DNA of 56,562 nt from Myxococcota bacterium (GTDB lineage: Bacteria > Myxococcota_A > UBA9160 > PR03): positions 1 to 56,562 of the forward strand of contig JBFIML010000028.1 in assembly GCA_041611735.1 (NCBI GenBank), read 5' to 3'. Positions 20,693-29,949 of the stretch are shown in pieces. The first letter of the stretch is position 1, and each line of letters starts with the position of its first letter. A model generated the notes under the pieces. It ran no database searches. It was not told the DNA's origin and saw nothing but the letters and a program-made list of their open reading frames with translations. The position numbers were made by a program, and so were the translations under genes.

Positions 20693-22267
20693 TCAGGCCG
20701 GCCGGCGCCGCCGCACCAGGCGGCGCCCCACGCCGCGCAGGACCGCGCGCAGGTCGGCGCCGCCGAACAGGGCGACGCCCGCCGCACCGACGGCCGCAAA
20801 GACGGCGCCTCCGAGCATCAGGACACCGAGGGCGCGCAGCCCAGCGCCCGCATCGCCGACCCCGACCAGCGCGGCCGCGCCGGCCGCCGCGCCCACCGCG
20901 AGCGCCCGCCCGGCGCCGACGCCCAGGGCCCCGAGGCGAGGCGCTCCATGCAGGCGTCGCGCCAGGGCGAGGATGGCCAGGGCGTTGGCGTTCATGCCCA
21001 GGGCCCCGGCCATCGCCAGGCCCGCCACGCCGAAGCGCTTGCCGAGAGCCAGGTAGAGGGGGATCGCCGCCAGGGCGAAGCCCGTGCCGAGAAGCATCGG
21101 CCGCCAGGTGTCGCCGCGCGCGTAGAAGGCGCGCGCCGCGATCTGCTGCGCTACCCAGGCCGGCACCGCCAGGGCCAGCAGGCGCAGGAGCGTGGTCACG
21201 CGCGCGGCGTCGGAGGCGGTGAAGGCCCCGTGCTGGTACACGAAGCCGACCAGGGGCTCGGCCAGGGCGAAGGTGGCCGCGCCGGCCAGGACGCCCAGGG
21301 AGAGGCCGGCGGCCAGGGTGCGGTCCACGGTGCGGTTGAGCTCGTCGTGGCGGCCCGCGGCGAACAGGTGCGCCAGCGTGGGAAGCGCCGCCGCCGCCAG
21401 CGCCTGGCCCACCACCGCCACCGGCACCAGCATGAGCCGCCGGGCGTAGCCGAGCGACGCCACCGCCCCCTCCCCCAGCAGGCTGCCGAACCAGCGGCCG
21501 TACCACTCGTCCACCGTGAGCAGCGTGACGCCCAGCATGAGGGGCGCCGCCACCGCCAGATAGCGCAGGAAGTCCCGGTCGGCGGGCGCCACCCGCAAGC
21601 GGATGCGCACACGCCGCCGGGCATCGAGCCAGGGCACCAGGAAGGGACCCAGCACGGAGCCCACCAGGGCCCCCCACACGAACGCCTCCACCCCGATCCG
21701 CGGCGCCAGCAGGAGCGCGGCACCGATCATGCTCCCGTTGTAGAGCAGCGGCGCCAGCGCCGCGGCGGCGAAGCGGCCGCGGGCGAACAGCGTCGCCTGG
21801 AGGATCCCGCCCAGCACGAAGAAGATCTGGGCCGGCAGCGCGATGCGCGTGAGACGCGCCGTGAGCGCCCGGGTGTCCGCATCGAAGCCGCGGAACTGGA
21901 AGGCCACCAGCGGGTCGCTCCACCACCAGAGCAGGGCGGTGGCCGCGAGCGCCAGGGCGCCCAGGGTCCCGAGCACCGTGGCCAGCAGGCGCTCGGCCCC
22001 GGCCTCGTCGCCCGCGCCGCGCCGGGCGGTGTACAGGGGCAGGAAGGCGATCGAGAGCGCCCCTCCGGCCAGCAGGTAGTTGAGCAGGTCCGGGATCTGG
22101 AAGGCGGCGTAGTAGGCGTCGGTGCGGGCGCCGGCTCCCACCAGGTGGGCGAGGAGGGCCTCGCGCACGTAACCGAGCAGCCGCGAGAGCAGGACGCTCC
22201 CGGCCAGGAGCGCGGCCGCGGCCGGCAGCGCCGAGGCGCTGGGTGCGTCCCCGGAAGGCTTCTCCAA
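20693..22267 (-). CDS. murJ: Lipid II flippase MurJ/MviN
   Basis: LSRLLGYVRE, DAYYAAFQIPDLL, GGALSIAFLP, ARAFYARGDTWRP, many TM segments. Confidence 0.9.
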   Translation of the reverse strand: MEKPSGDAPSASALPAAAALLAGSVLLSRLLGYVREALLAHLVGAGARTDAYYAAFQIPDLLNYLLAGGALSIAFLPLYTARRGAGDEAGAERLLATVLGTLGALALAATALLWWWSDPLVAFQFRGFDADTRALTARLTRIALPAQIFFVLGGILQATLFARGRFAAAALAPLLYNGSMIGAALLLAPRIGVEAFVWGALVGSVLGPFLVPWLDARRRVRIRLRVAPADRDFLRYLAVAAPLMLGVTLLTVDEWYGRWFGSLLGEGAVASLGYARRLMLVPVAVVGQALAAAALPTLAHLFAAGRHDELNRTVDRTLAAGLSLGVLAGAATFALAEPLVGFVYQHGAFTASDAARVTTLLRLLALAVPAWVAQQIAARAFYARGDTWRPMLLGTGFALAAIPLYLALGKRFGVAGLAMAGALGMNANALAILALARRLHGAPRLGALGVGAGRALAVGAAAGAAALVGVGDAGAGLRALGVLMLGGAVFAAVGAAGVALFGGADLRAVLRGVGRRLVRRRRPA

Positions 22268-22363
22268 GCCGGACTTCCCCCCGGCGCCCGAGTATGGGGC
22301 ATCGCGCCCCGCGCTCGCCCGGGGGTCTCAAGGGCCGTCTCCGCCCGGCCGATGGATCTCGCG

Positions 22364-23221
22364 ATGCGCTCCGTGCCGACCCCCCTGCGGCGCGTCGCCG
22401 CCCTCCTGGCCCTGGGCCTGCTCCTGGCCCTGCCGGCCACCGCCGAGATCTATCGCTGGACCGACGACCAGGGCGGCGAGCACTTCACCCAGGACCTGAG
22501 CCGGGTGCCTGCAGACCAGCGTTTTCGAGCACGAAACGAGGCCTCGACTCGAGTCGAGAGGCGGCGCCTGCAGACCTACTCCTCCCCGGACGCCGGCGCC
22601 GCCCAGGCGCGTCGGCCGCGGGCCTCCGGCCAGACCCTGCGGATTCCCTTCGAGCCCGATGGCACCGTGATGCGGGTCCAGGCGCTGCTCAACGACTCCG
22701 TGGCGGTCCCCTTCCTGGTGGACACGGGGGCCAGCGGGATCTCGATCCCGCAGTGGGTGGCGGACCGCCTCGGCCTGAGGATCGGGCCGGCCACGGAGTG
22801 GATCCGCATCCAGACCGCCAACGGGCTGGTGGTCCGGCCCGTGGTCCTGCTCGAGTCGGTCTCCGTGGGCGATGCGCGCGTCCACAACCTGCCGGCCACC
22901 GTGACCCCGAGCCTCGAGTTCGGTCTGCTCGGAGGCACCTTCTTCAACAACTTCGTCTACCGGGTGGACACCGCCGCGGGGGTGATCTCCTTGACGCCCA
23001 ACGCGAGCGTGCGGGGAGGTCTGTCCGAGGGGCAGTGGCGGGCGCGCTTCCAGGAGCTGCATCAAGCGCTGGCGCGGCTCGACGCCTACTCCCAGCGGCT
23101 CCCGGAGACGCGCAGCCTCCGGCAGGGGGAGCTCGCCCGGCGACGCTCCGCGCTGGTGCAGGAGATCGAGGCGCTCGAGCAGCAGGCCAACCAGCTCGGC
23201 GTGCCCCAGGCGTGGAGATAG
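22364..23221 (+). CDS. Exported DUF4124 + retropepsin-like aspartyl protease with C-terminal coiled coil
   Basis: Signal peptide ending PATA|EIYRWTDDQG (DUF4124), FLVDTGAS, QTANG, GLLGGTF. This is the real 3' part of the 2029-aa shadow ORF. Confidence 0.88.
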   Translation: MRSVPTPLRRVAALLALGLLLALPATAEIYRWTDDQGGEHFTQDLSRVPADQRFRARNEASTRVERRRLQTYSSPDAGAAQARRPRASGQTLRIPFEPDGTVMRVQALLNDSVAVPFLVDTGASGISIPQWVADRLGLRIGPATEWIRIQTANGLVVRPVVLLESVSVGDARVHNLPATVTPSLEFGLLGGTFFNNFVYRVDTAAGVISLTPNASVRGGLSEGQWRARFQELHQALARLDAYSQRLPETRSLRQGELARRRSALVQEIEALEQQANQLGVPQAWR

Positions 23222-23270
23222 GGGGACGTTCTTGAACCCTTGCGGCCATCGTCCCGGCGCACTGCGGCGC

Positions 23271-23810
23271 GTGTGGGAAGAGGTCAACAAGTCCACGGCG
23301 TCCCTGCTCCTGCTCGGGCTGCTCGCGGCGGGGCCGGCGACGGCCGAGCTGTACCGGTGCATGGCGGCCGACGGGAGCGTGCGCTTCACGGACGACGCGA
23401 GCGCCTGCCCGGGCGCCCGCCCCCATGAGCCCCGCGGCCAGGTCCAGCGCTACGACGCCCCGGCGCCGCCCCGCCGCAGCGCCCCGGCCACCCGGCCTGC
23501 CCCGGCCGACTTCGACGCGAGGGCCGCCCAGGCGGAGCTCTGGCGCCAGAAGCTCGAGCAGGCGCGCCAGGAGGAGCAGGAGCTCGGCCGCGAGGTGGAG
23601 CAGCTCGAGCAGCTCGTCACCTGGTGCAACCGGGGCGGCAAGGTGCTGACCCGCGACCGCTCGGGCCTCAACCAGGACGTCTCCTGCGGCTCGGTGCGCG
23701 AGGAGCACGCGGGCAAGATCACGCGGCTCGGGGAGGTTCAGCGCTACCTGGCGGAGGGCATCCACGAGGAGTGCCGGCGCTCGGGCTGTCTCCCCGGCTG
23801 GCTGCGCTAA
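23271..23810 (+). CDS. Exported DUF4124-like protein with coiled coil and Cys-rich C-terminus
   Basis: PATA|ELYRCMAADGSVRFTDD, a coiled coil, ends ECRRSGCLPGWLR. Start uncertain (23232 or 23271). Confidence 0.75.
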   Translation: MWEEVNKSTASLLLLGLLAAGPATAELYRCMAADGSVRFTDDASACPGARPHEPRGQVQRYDAPAPPRRSAPATRPAPADFDARAAQAELWRQKLEQARQEEQELGREVEQLEQLVTWCNRGGKVLTRDRSGLNQDVSCGSVREEHAGKITRLGEVQRYLAEGIHEECRRSGCLPGWLR

Positions 23811-23816
23811 CGCTCC

Positions 23817-24944
23817 TTAGCCGCGGGGGGCCGCCTCCGGCGGGTTCAGCTCCCGCCAGACGCGTCCGTCCCAGCTCTCCACCACCACGTGGTCCCCCTC
23901 GCGCCCGCGCAGGTACGGGTAGCTGAGGGGCACCTTGCCGTAGGGCGTATCCAGCACGTAGAGCGGGATGGAGAACCCGCTGGTGCGCCCGCGCAGCGAG
24001 CGGAACAGCTCGAGCCCGCGCTCGATCGGCACGCGGAAGTGAGCCGTGCCCTCCAGGAGCTGGGCCTGGTAGCAGTAGTACGGGCGCACCCGCATGCGCA
24101 CGAGCCCCTCGCCGAGCGCCTTCAGCACCTCCGCATCGTCGTTCACCCCGCGCAGCAGGACGCTCTGGTTGCCCACCGGGATGCCCGCCCGGGCGAGCCG
24201 GTCGCAGGCCCGGGCCGCCTGGTCGGTGAGCTCGCGGGGATGGTTGAAGTGGGTGTTGACCCAGATCGGGTGATGCCGTTCCAGCAGCCCGCACAGGGCG
24301 TCGGTCACCCGGAACGGCAGGGTCACGGGCAGTCGCGTGCCGAGGCGGATGATCTCCACGTGGGGGATCGCGCGCAGGCGCCCGAGCAGCCAGTCGAGTC
24401 GTTCGTCGGAGAAGACCAGCGGATCGCCGCCCGTCAGGAGGACGTCGCGGATCGCCGGGGTGCGGGCGATCCACTCGAGCGCCCCCTCGAGCTCCCGGCG
24501 CCGCATGACCCACTCCTCGTCCCCCACCATGCGCTTGCGCAGGCAGAAGCGGCAGTAGAGCGCGCACTCGTTGTTCACGCAGAAGGCGATCCGGTCCGGA
24601 TAGACCCGGATCACGTTCTTGACCGGGGAGTGGGCCACCTCGTCCAGGGGATCCGCGAGCCCCAGCGGGTCCCGGGCCTCGGCGCTGCGGGGCACCACCT
24701 GGCGCCGGACCGGGCAGTCCGGGTCCTCGGGATCCATCAGGGACGCGTAGTAGGGAGTGATCACGAAGCGGAAGCGGGCGGCCAGCAGGTCGATGGCCTT
24801 GCGCTCGTCGTCGCTCACCCGGACCCAGCGCGCGAGCTCGTCGGCGGAGCGGATGCGGTGGCGCATCTGCCAGGCCCAGTCGCCCCAGTCTTCCGGGACC
24901 ACGTCCGCCGGGCGCGGCGCGGACGGCCACGCCAAGGCGCTCAC
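23817..24944 (-). CDS. KamA-family radical SAM/PLP aminomutase-like protein
   Basis: WGDWAWQ, ITPYY, CPVRRQVVP, YPDR, CALYCRFC, LLTGGDPL, THFNHPRE, NQSVLLRGVND, GKVP. GTGA overlap with the ligase gene. Confidence 0.93.
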   Translation of the reverse strand: MSALAWPSAPRPADVVPEDWGDWAWQMRHRIRSADELARWVRVSDDERKAIDLLAARFRFVITPYYASLMDPEDPDCPVRRQVVPRSAEARDPLGLADPLDEVAHSPVKNVIRVYPDRIAFCVNNECALYCRFCLRKRMVGDEEWVMRRRELEGALEWIARTPAIRDVLLTGGDPLVFSDERLDWLLGRLRAIPHVEIIRLGTRLPVTLPFRVTDALCGLLERHHPIWVNTHFNHPRELTDQAARACDRLARAGIPVGNQSVLLRGVNDDAEVLKALGEGLVRMRVRPYYCYQAQLLEGTAHFRVPIERGLELFRSLRGRTSGFSIPLYVLDTPYGKVPLSYPYLRGREGDHVVVESWDGRVWRELNPPEAAPRG

Positions 24945-25966
24945 GGGAGGCCGAGCCGGCGCAGCCCCGCGTCCAGGGCGCGGGCCACCAGCGCCTGGTG
25001 GGGCACGTCGATCAGCTCCGCCAGGATCCCGAAGGAGCCGTCCGGGGCGAAGGTGGGAAGCGGGTTCATCTCCAGGAAGACCGGGCGTCCCTCCGCATCG
25101 AGCTTGAAGTCCGCCCGGGCGAAGTCGCGGCACTCGAGGGCGCCGGCCGCCCGCACGGCCAGGGCGGCGAGCTCCTTCTCGAGGCCCGGGTCCAGGTGGC
25201 CCGGCAGGCAGGGCTGCCAGCCGTCCGGGTCCGCGGCCGCGTGCCGCTCCAGGGCGTGCAGGCCGATGCGGGTGGTCGCCTCCAAGGCTCGCTGGAGCAC
25301 GGGCAGCACCTCCGGCGGATCGTTGCCGAGCAGCGTCACCGTGTACTCGGCCCCGGGCAGGAAGGCCTCCACCAGAGCCGGCTGGCGGTAGCGCTCCACG
25401 ATGCACCCCACCGCCTGGACGAGCGCGGCGCGGTCCTCGACCCGCGAGCCCGGCCCGATGCCCTTGGCGGCGCCCTCCCAACGTGGCTTCACCAGGAGGG
25501 GAAAAGAGCCTGGAATCGCGACGCTTTCGGCTTCCTGAGCCGAGCGCATCACGCACCCCGGCGCGATCGGCACGCCCGCCGCTGCCACCAGGTCCCGGGC
25601 CCAGGCCTTGTCGAGGGTGAGGGAAAGGGTGAGCGCATCGGAGCCAAGCTGTGGGATCGCAAGCATTTCCAGCAGCACGGGACCCCACGCTTCGCGATTC
25701 CGGGAGCCGTGCCCCTCGGCGATGGTGAGGGCGGCGTCCAGGCTCGGGAGCGGCGCTCCGCCCGCGGCGGCGACCCCGGCCCGCTCCAGCAGGGCCCCCG
25801 GCGAGCCGAGCCGCACCGGGCGGTGGCCGAGCCAGGCCACGGCCGCCTCCAGGGCGGCGAGCGTCGCCTCCGACTCGTACTCCGCCTCCACGTCCGGGGG
25901 ATCGTCGGGCCGACGGGGATAGGTGCCGAAGAGCTCGTACAGAAGCCCGATGGAGAGGCCTGCCAT
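24941..25966 (-). CDS. D-Ala-D-Ala ligase-like ATP-grasp enzyme
   Basis: AEYESEAT, IAEG...RNREA, LTLDKA, LLVKPRWEG, VEAFLPGAEYTV, FARADFK, FLEMNPLP. Confidence 0.88.
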   Translation of the reverse strand: MAGLSIGLLYELFGTYPRRPDDPPDVEAEYESEATLAALEAAVAWLGHRPVRLGSPGALLERAGVAAAGGAPLPSLDAALTIAEGHGSRNREAWGPVLLEMLAIPQLGSDALTLSLTLDKAWARDLVAAAGVPIAPGCVMRSAQEAESVAIPGSFPLLVKPRWEGAAKGIGPGSRVEDRAALVQAVGCIVERYRQPALVEAFLPGAEYTVTLLGNDPPEVLPVLQRALEATTRIGLHALERHAAADPDGWQPCLPGHLDPGLEKELAALAVRAAGALECRDFARADFKLDAEGRPVFLEMNPLPTFAPDGSFGILAELIDVPHQALVARALDAGLRRLGLP

Positions 25967-26030
25967 GCCGGGCGAGGATACCCGCCGGCTGCCAGGGGAG
26001 CGATCGCGGCCCGGCGCGACCTGGGGCAGC

Positions 26031-26555
26031 ATGGCCGGGATGGGAGCGGGGGGAGCGACACGGCAGCCCCGGGCCGTGGCCTGGCGGGCCTGGTTGGCAG
26101 TGGCCCTGTGGGCCGGCCTGATCCTGCGTCTGTCCGGCGACGACCTCTCCGCCGCCTCCACCTCCCGTCTGCTGGGTCCGCTGCTGCGCTGGATCTTCCC
26201 GGAGCTCGACGCGCAGACGCTCCAGACGATCCACTTCATCGTGCGCAAGGCCGCCCACTTCCTGGAGTACGCGGTGCTCGGGGCCCTCGCGATCTGGGCC
26301 CTGCGCCGCAGCGGCACCTGGAGCGCGGGGCGACGCGCCGGCCTGGCCCTGGCCCTGGTGGCGGCAGTGGCAGCGCTCGACGAGGGGCACCAGTCGCGCT
26401 CGACGCGCCGCACGGGCTCGCCCTGGGACGCGGGCCTGGACGGGGCCGGTGGCGTGGCGGGAATCGCCCTGGCCACGGCCCTGGGGAGACGGCGCGCAGC
26501 CCCCGCTCGCCCGCCGGGGGTGGGCGTGATCGCAGGGGGACGGGGCGGGGCGTGA
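26031..26555 (+). CDS. VanZ-family membrane protein
   Basis: VRKAAHFLEYAVLG, LDEGHQ, RTGSPWD, about 4 TM segments. Confidence 0.85.
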   Translation: MAGMGAGGATRQPRAVAWRAWLAVALWAGLILRLSGDDLSAASTSRLLGPLLRWIFPELDAQTLQTIHFIVRKAAHFLEYAVLGALAIWALRRSGTWSAGRRAGLALALVAAVAALDEGHQSRSTRRTGSPWDAGLDGAGGVAGIALATALGRRRAAPARPPGVGVIAGGRGGA

Positions 26556-28204
26556 GGACGTTGCGGGGCGGCGGCTGGCTCAACCGCCTGGAGGCGCTCG
26601 GCAACGCCCTGCCCGACCCGACGACCCTGTTCCTGATCGGCGCGCTGCTCGTGATGGGCGTCTCGCAGCTGGCGGTCTCCCGGGGATGGTCGGTGGAGCG
26701 AACCACGACCCGCGAGGTGCGCGCGCCGGTGACGGACGCGTCCGGGGCTCCCCGGGTGGACCCGGCGGACGGCCGGCCCGTGACCATCGCGGTGCTCGGC
26801 GCGGACGGGCGCCCGCTCCAGGAGCGGGTCGTCGAGCGCGTGGAGCCGGTCGGGCTGCTCGCCCCGGACGGCCTCTACTGGGTGCTCGCGCACCTGGTGG
26901 AGAACTTCGTGCGCTTCCCGCCCCTCGGCATCGTGCTGGTGGGCATGCTCGGGATCGGCCTCGCCGAGCGGACCGGCTTCGTGGCGGCCCTGCTGCGCGC
27001 CACGTTGCTGGCGGTCCCGGCGTGGCTGCTGACTCCGACCGTGTTCGGGGTGGGCGTGCTCTCCTCCATGGCCCTGGACGCCGGCTACGTGGTGCTGCCG
27101 CCGGTGGCCGCCGCCCTCTTCCACGCGGTGGGGCGCTCGCCCCTGGCGGGTCTCGCGGCGGTCTTCGCCGGGGTCTCGGCCGGCTTCAGCGCGAACCTGT
27201 TCCTGACCGGCCTCGATCCGCTGCTGGCCGGCTTCAGCGAGGCGGGGGCCCGTTTCCTCGACCCGGGCTACGCGGTGGCCGTCACCTGCAACTGGTGGTT
27301 CATGATCGCCTCGACCCTGCTGGTGACCGCCGTGGGCTGGGCGGTCACGGCCTGGCTGGTGGAGCCACGCTTGCGCGAGCGGCCCGCCGCCGAGGGCGGG
27401 CCGCCGGACGGCGGGGCGGCGCCGGACGTGGGGCTCTCCCGGGAGGAGCGGCGCGGCCTGGCGGTGGGCCTGGTGGTGCTGGCGGCGACCCTGGCGCTCT
27501 TCGTGGCGGCCACGCGCATTCCGGGCGCGCCGCTCCACGGTGTCGATGGCCGCTTCCCGCGCTGGGTGGTGGCCATCGTCCCGCTGCTCTTCCTGGCCTT
27601 CGCCCTGCCGGGCGCGGCCTACGGCTTTGCCACGGGCCGGCTGCGCAACGACCGGGACGTGGCGCGCCTGCTGGGCGAGAGCATGGCGGCCATGGGCCCC
27701 TACGTGGTGATGGCGTTCTTCGCGGCGCAGTTCGTGGAGCTGTTCCGCCACTCGAATCTCGGGGAGATGCTGGCGCTCACGGGCGGGGCCTGGCTGGCCC
27801 GGGCCGCCCTGCCCGCCTCCGCCCTGGTGGCCAGCTTCGTCGTGGTGGTCGCGGTGGCGAACCTGTTCATCGGCTCCATGTCGGCCAAGTACGCCTTCTT
27901 CGCCCCGGTCTTCGTGCCCATGTTCATGCAGGTGGGGATCAGCCCGGAGCTCACCCAGGCCGCCTACCGGGTGGGCGACTCCGTGTCGAACGTGATCACC
28001 CCGCTGAACCCCTATGTGGTGATCGTCCTGGTCTTCATGCAACGCTACTTCCCGCGCGCGGGCGTGGGGACCCTGCTCGCCCTGATGCTGCCCTACGCCC
28101 TGGTGCTCGGAGTGGCCTGGACCGGCCTGTTGGTGGTGTGGATGGCGCTCGGCGTCGAGCTCGGCCCCGCCGGCCCCCTCGCCTACGTCCCGTCGGCGCC
28201 CTGA
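26552..28204 (+). CDS. AbgT-family transporter
   Basis: LNRLEALGNALPDPTTLF, NFVRFPPLG, GVSAGFSAN, YRVGDSVSNVITP. Confidence 0.95.
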   Translation: MRTLRGGGWLNRLEALGNALPDPTTLFLIGALLVMGVSQLAVSRGWSVERTTTREVRAPVTDASGAPRVDPADGRPVTIAVLGADGRPLQERVVERVEPVGLLAPDGLYWVLAHLVENFVRFPPLGIVLVGMLGIGLAERTGFVAALLRATLLAVPAWLLTPTVFGVGVLSSMALDAGYVVLPPVAAALFHAVGRSPLAGLAAVFAGVSAGFSANLFLTGLDPLLAGFSEAGARFLDPGYAVAVTCNWWFMIASTLLVTAVGWAVTAWLVEPRLRERPAAEGGPPDGGAAPDVGLSREERRGLAVGLVVLAATLALFVAATRIPGAPLHGVDGRFPRWVVAIVPLLFLAFALPGAAYGFATGRLRNDRDVARLLGESMAAMGPYVVMAFFAAQFVELFRHSNLGEMLALTGGAWLARAALPASALVASFVVVVAVANLFIGSMSAKYAFFAPVFVPMFMQVGISPELTQAAYRVGDSVSNVITPLNPYVVIVLVFMQRYFPRAGVGTLLALMLPYALVLGVAWTGLLVVWMALGVELGPAGPLAYVPSAP

Positions 28205-28262
28205 GCCGGGCTGGGAAGGCCCGCAGCGGGTGGTTAGATTCTGAAGCTCCCGTGGAGGTTCC

Positions 28263-29945
28263 GTGAACGCCGCGCTCCTCGCCGCGCTGGTCTTCGCGCT
28301 CTTCGCCCTGGGCTATCGCTTCTACGCGCGCTTCCTCGCCGAGCGCGTGTTCGCCCTGCGGGAGGACGAGCCGGTCCCGGCGCGGGAGCTGGAGGACGGC
28401 GTCGACTACGTCCCCACGCACCGGGGGGTGCTCTGGGGCCACCACTACACCTCCATCGCGGGCGCCGCGCCGATCGTGGGGCCCGCGGTGGCGGTGATCT
28501 GGGGCTGGGTGCCGGCGCTGCTGTGGGTGGCGCTCGGCACGGTCTTCATGGGTGCCGTGCACGACTTCGCGGCCCTCGTGATCAGCCTGCGCCACCGGGG
28601 CCGCTCGATCGGCGACGTCGCCGGCCACGTGATCGGGCCCCGGGTGCGGGCGCTGTTCCTGGTCATCATCTGCTTCCTGATCTGGATCGTGCTGGCGGTC
28701 TTCGCCTTCATCATCGGCACGCTCTTCGTGGCGTACCCGGGCTCGGTCTTCCCCATCAACGTCCAGATCGTGGTGGCGGTGGCGCTCGGCTGGCTGGTCT
28801 ACCGCCACAACGTGGGGATCTTCGCGCCGTCGCTGTTGGGCTACGCCCTGCTGCTGGCGGCGGTCTTCTACGGCAACGCCTTCGCCGAAGCGGTCCCCGC
28901 CGTGAGCCGGATCTCCGTCGAAGCCTGGGTGTGGCTGCTCATGCTCTACTCCTTCGCCGCCTCGGTGCTGCCGGTCTGGCTCCTGCTCCAGCCCCGCGAC
29001 TACCTGAACGCCCACCAGCTCCTGACGGGCCTGGCCCTGCTCACGTTGGGTCTGCTGGTGCTGAACCCCACCGTGCAGGCTCCCGCCTTCAATCCGAGCC
29101 CCGCCGGCGCCCCGCCCCTCATCCCCTTCCTGTTCATCACCATCGCCTGCGGCGCCATCTCCGGCTTCCACGGCCTGGTCTCTTCGGGCACCACCAGCAA
29201 GCAGGTGGGCTGCATGACCGACGCGCGCCCGATCGGGTACGGAGGCATGCTCGGCGAGGGCACCCTCGGCCTGCTGGCCGTGCTCGCTGCCACGGCCGGC
29301 TTCGCCAGCAGCGAGCAGTGGTGGGCCCACTACGCCAGCTGGGGCGCCGCGGACAGCCTCTCCGCCAAGCTCGACGCCTTCGTGAGCGGGGGCGGCAGCT
29401 TCGTGGCCTCCCTGGGCATCCCGCTCGAGACCGCCAAGACCTTCATCGCCGTGATGGTGATCGCCTTTGCCGCCACCTCCCTGGACACGGGCGCGCGCAT
29501 CCAGCGACTGGTGATCGCGGAGCTCGCCGACGCCTACGGGGTTCGCCCGCTCACCAACCGCTATGCGGCGGCGGGACTCGGCATCGGCCTGGCCCTGCTG
29601 CTGGCCGTGACCCAGGCCGGGGGCAAGGGCGGGCTCATCCTGTGGCCGCTCTTCGGCACCACCAACCAGCTGCTGGCCGGGGTGACGCTGCTGGTGGTCT
29701 CGGTCTGGATGCGCCGGCAGGGGCGTCCCTACCTCTACACGCTGGTGCCCATGCTGCTGGTGGCCGCCGCCACGGTGACCGCCATGCTGGGAGAGGTGCG
29801 CAGCTACTTCGTCGGCGGCAACTGGCTGCTCTTCGGCATGGGCACGACCATCCTGGCCTGCGACGTGTGGGTGCTCTTCGAGGGCCTGCGCCTGCTGGCC
29901 ACCACGCCGTCCGGCCTCGCCGCCCGCCCGGCCCCGGGAGGCTGA
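28263..29945 (+). CDS. cstA: Carbon starvation protein A family transporter
   Basis: DGVDYVPT, HHYTSIAGAAPIVG, LLQPRDY, ITIACGAISGFH, LWPLFGTTNQLL. Confidence 0.95.
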   Translation: MNAALLAALVFALFALGYRFYARFLAERVFALREDEPVPARELEDGVDYVPTHRGVLWGHHYTSIAGAAPIVGPAVAVIWGWVPALLWVALGTVFMGAVHDFAALVISLRHRGRSIGDVAGHVIGPRVRALFLVIICFLIWIVLAVFAFIIGTLFVAYPGSVFPINVQIVVAVALGWLVYRHNVGIFAPSLLGYALLLAAVFYGNAFAEAVPAVSRISVEAWVWLLMLYSFAASVLPVWLLLQPRDYLNAHQLLTGLALLTLGLLVLNPTVQAPAFNPSPAGAPPLIPFLFITIACGAISGFHGLVSSGTTSKQVGCMTDARPIGYGGMLGEGTLGLLAVLAATAGFASSEQWWAHYASWGAADSLSAKLDAFVSGGGSFVASLGIPLETAKTFIAVMVIAFAATSLDTGARIQRLVIAELADAYGVRPLTNRYAAAGLGIGLALLLAVTQAGGKGGLILWPLFGTTNQLLAGVTLLVVSVWMRRQGRPYLYTLVPMLLVAAATVTAMLGEVRSYFVGGNWLLFGMGTTILACDVWVLFEGLRLLATTPSGLAARPAPGG

Positions 29946-29949
29946 GCCC

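Noticed and set aside
17132-22350. 2029-aa plus-strand ORF and 1777-aa minus-strand ORF 16998..22331
   Set aside because: Antisense and out-of-frame shadows of oxoprolinase and murJ caused by stop-codon scarcity at high GC. Only 22364..23221 encodes recognisable domains.
23817-24944. Calling the radical SAM gene epmB or kamA
   Set aside because: No efp/epmA or lysine fermentation context, and the substrate-pocket residues differ.
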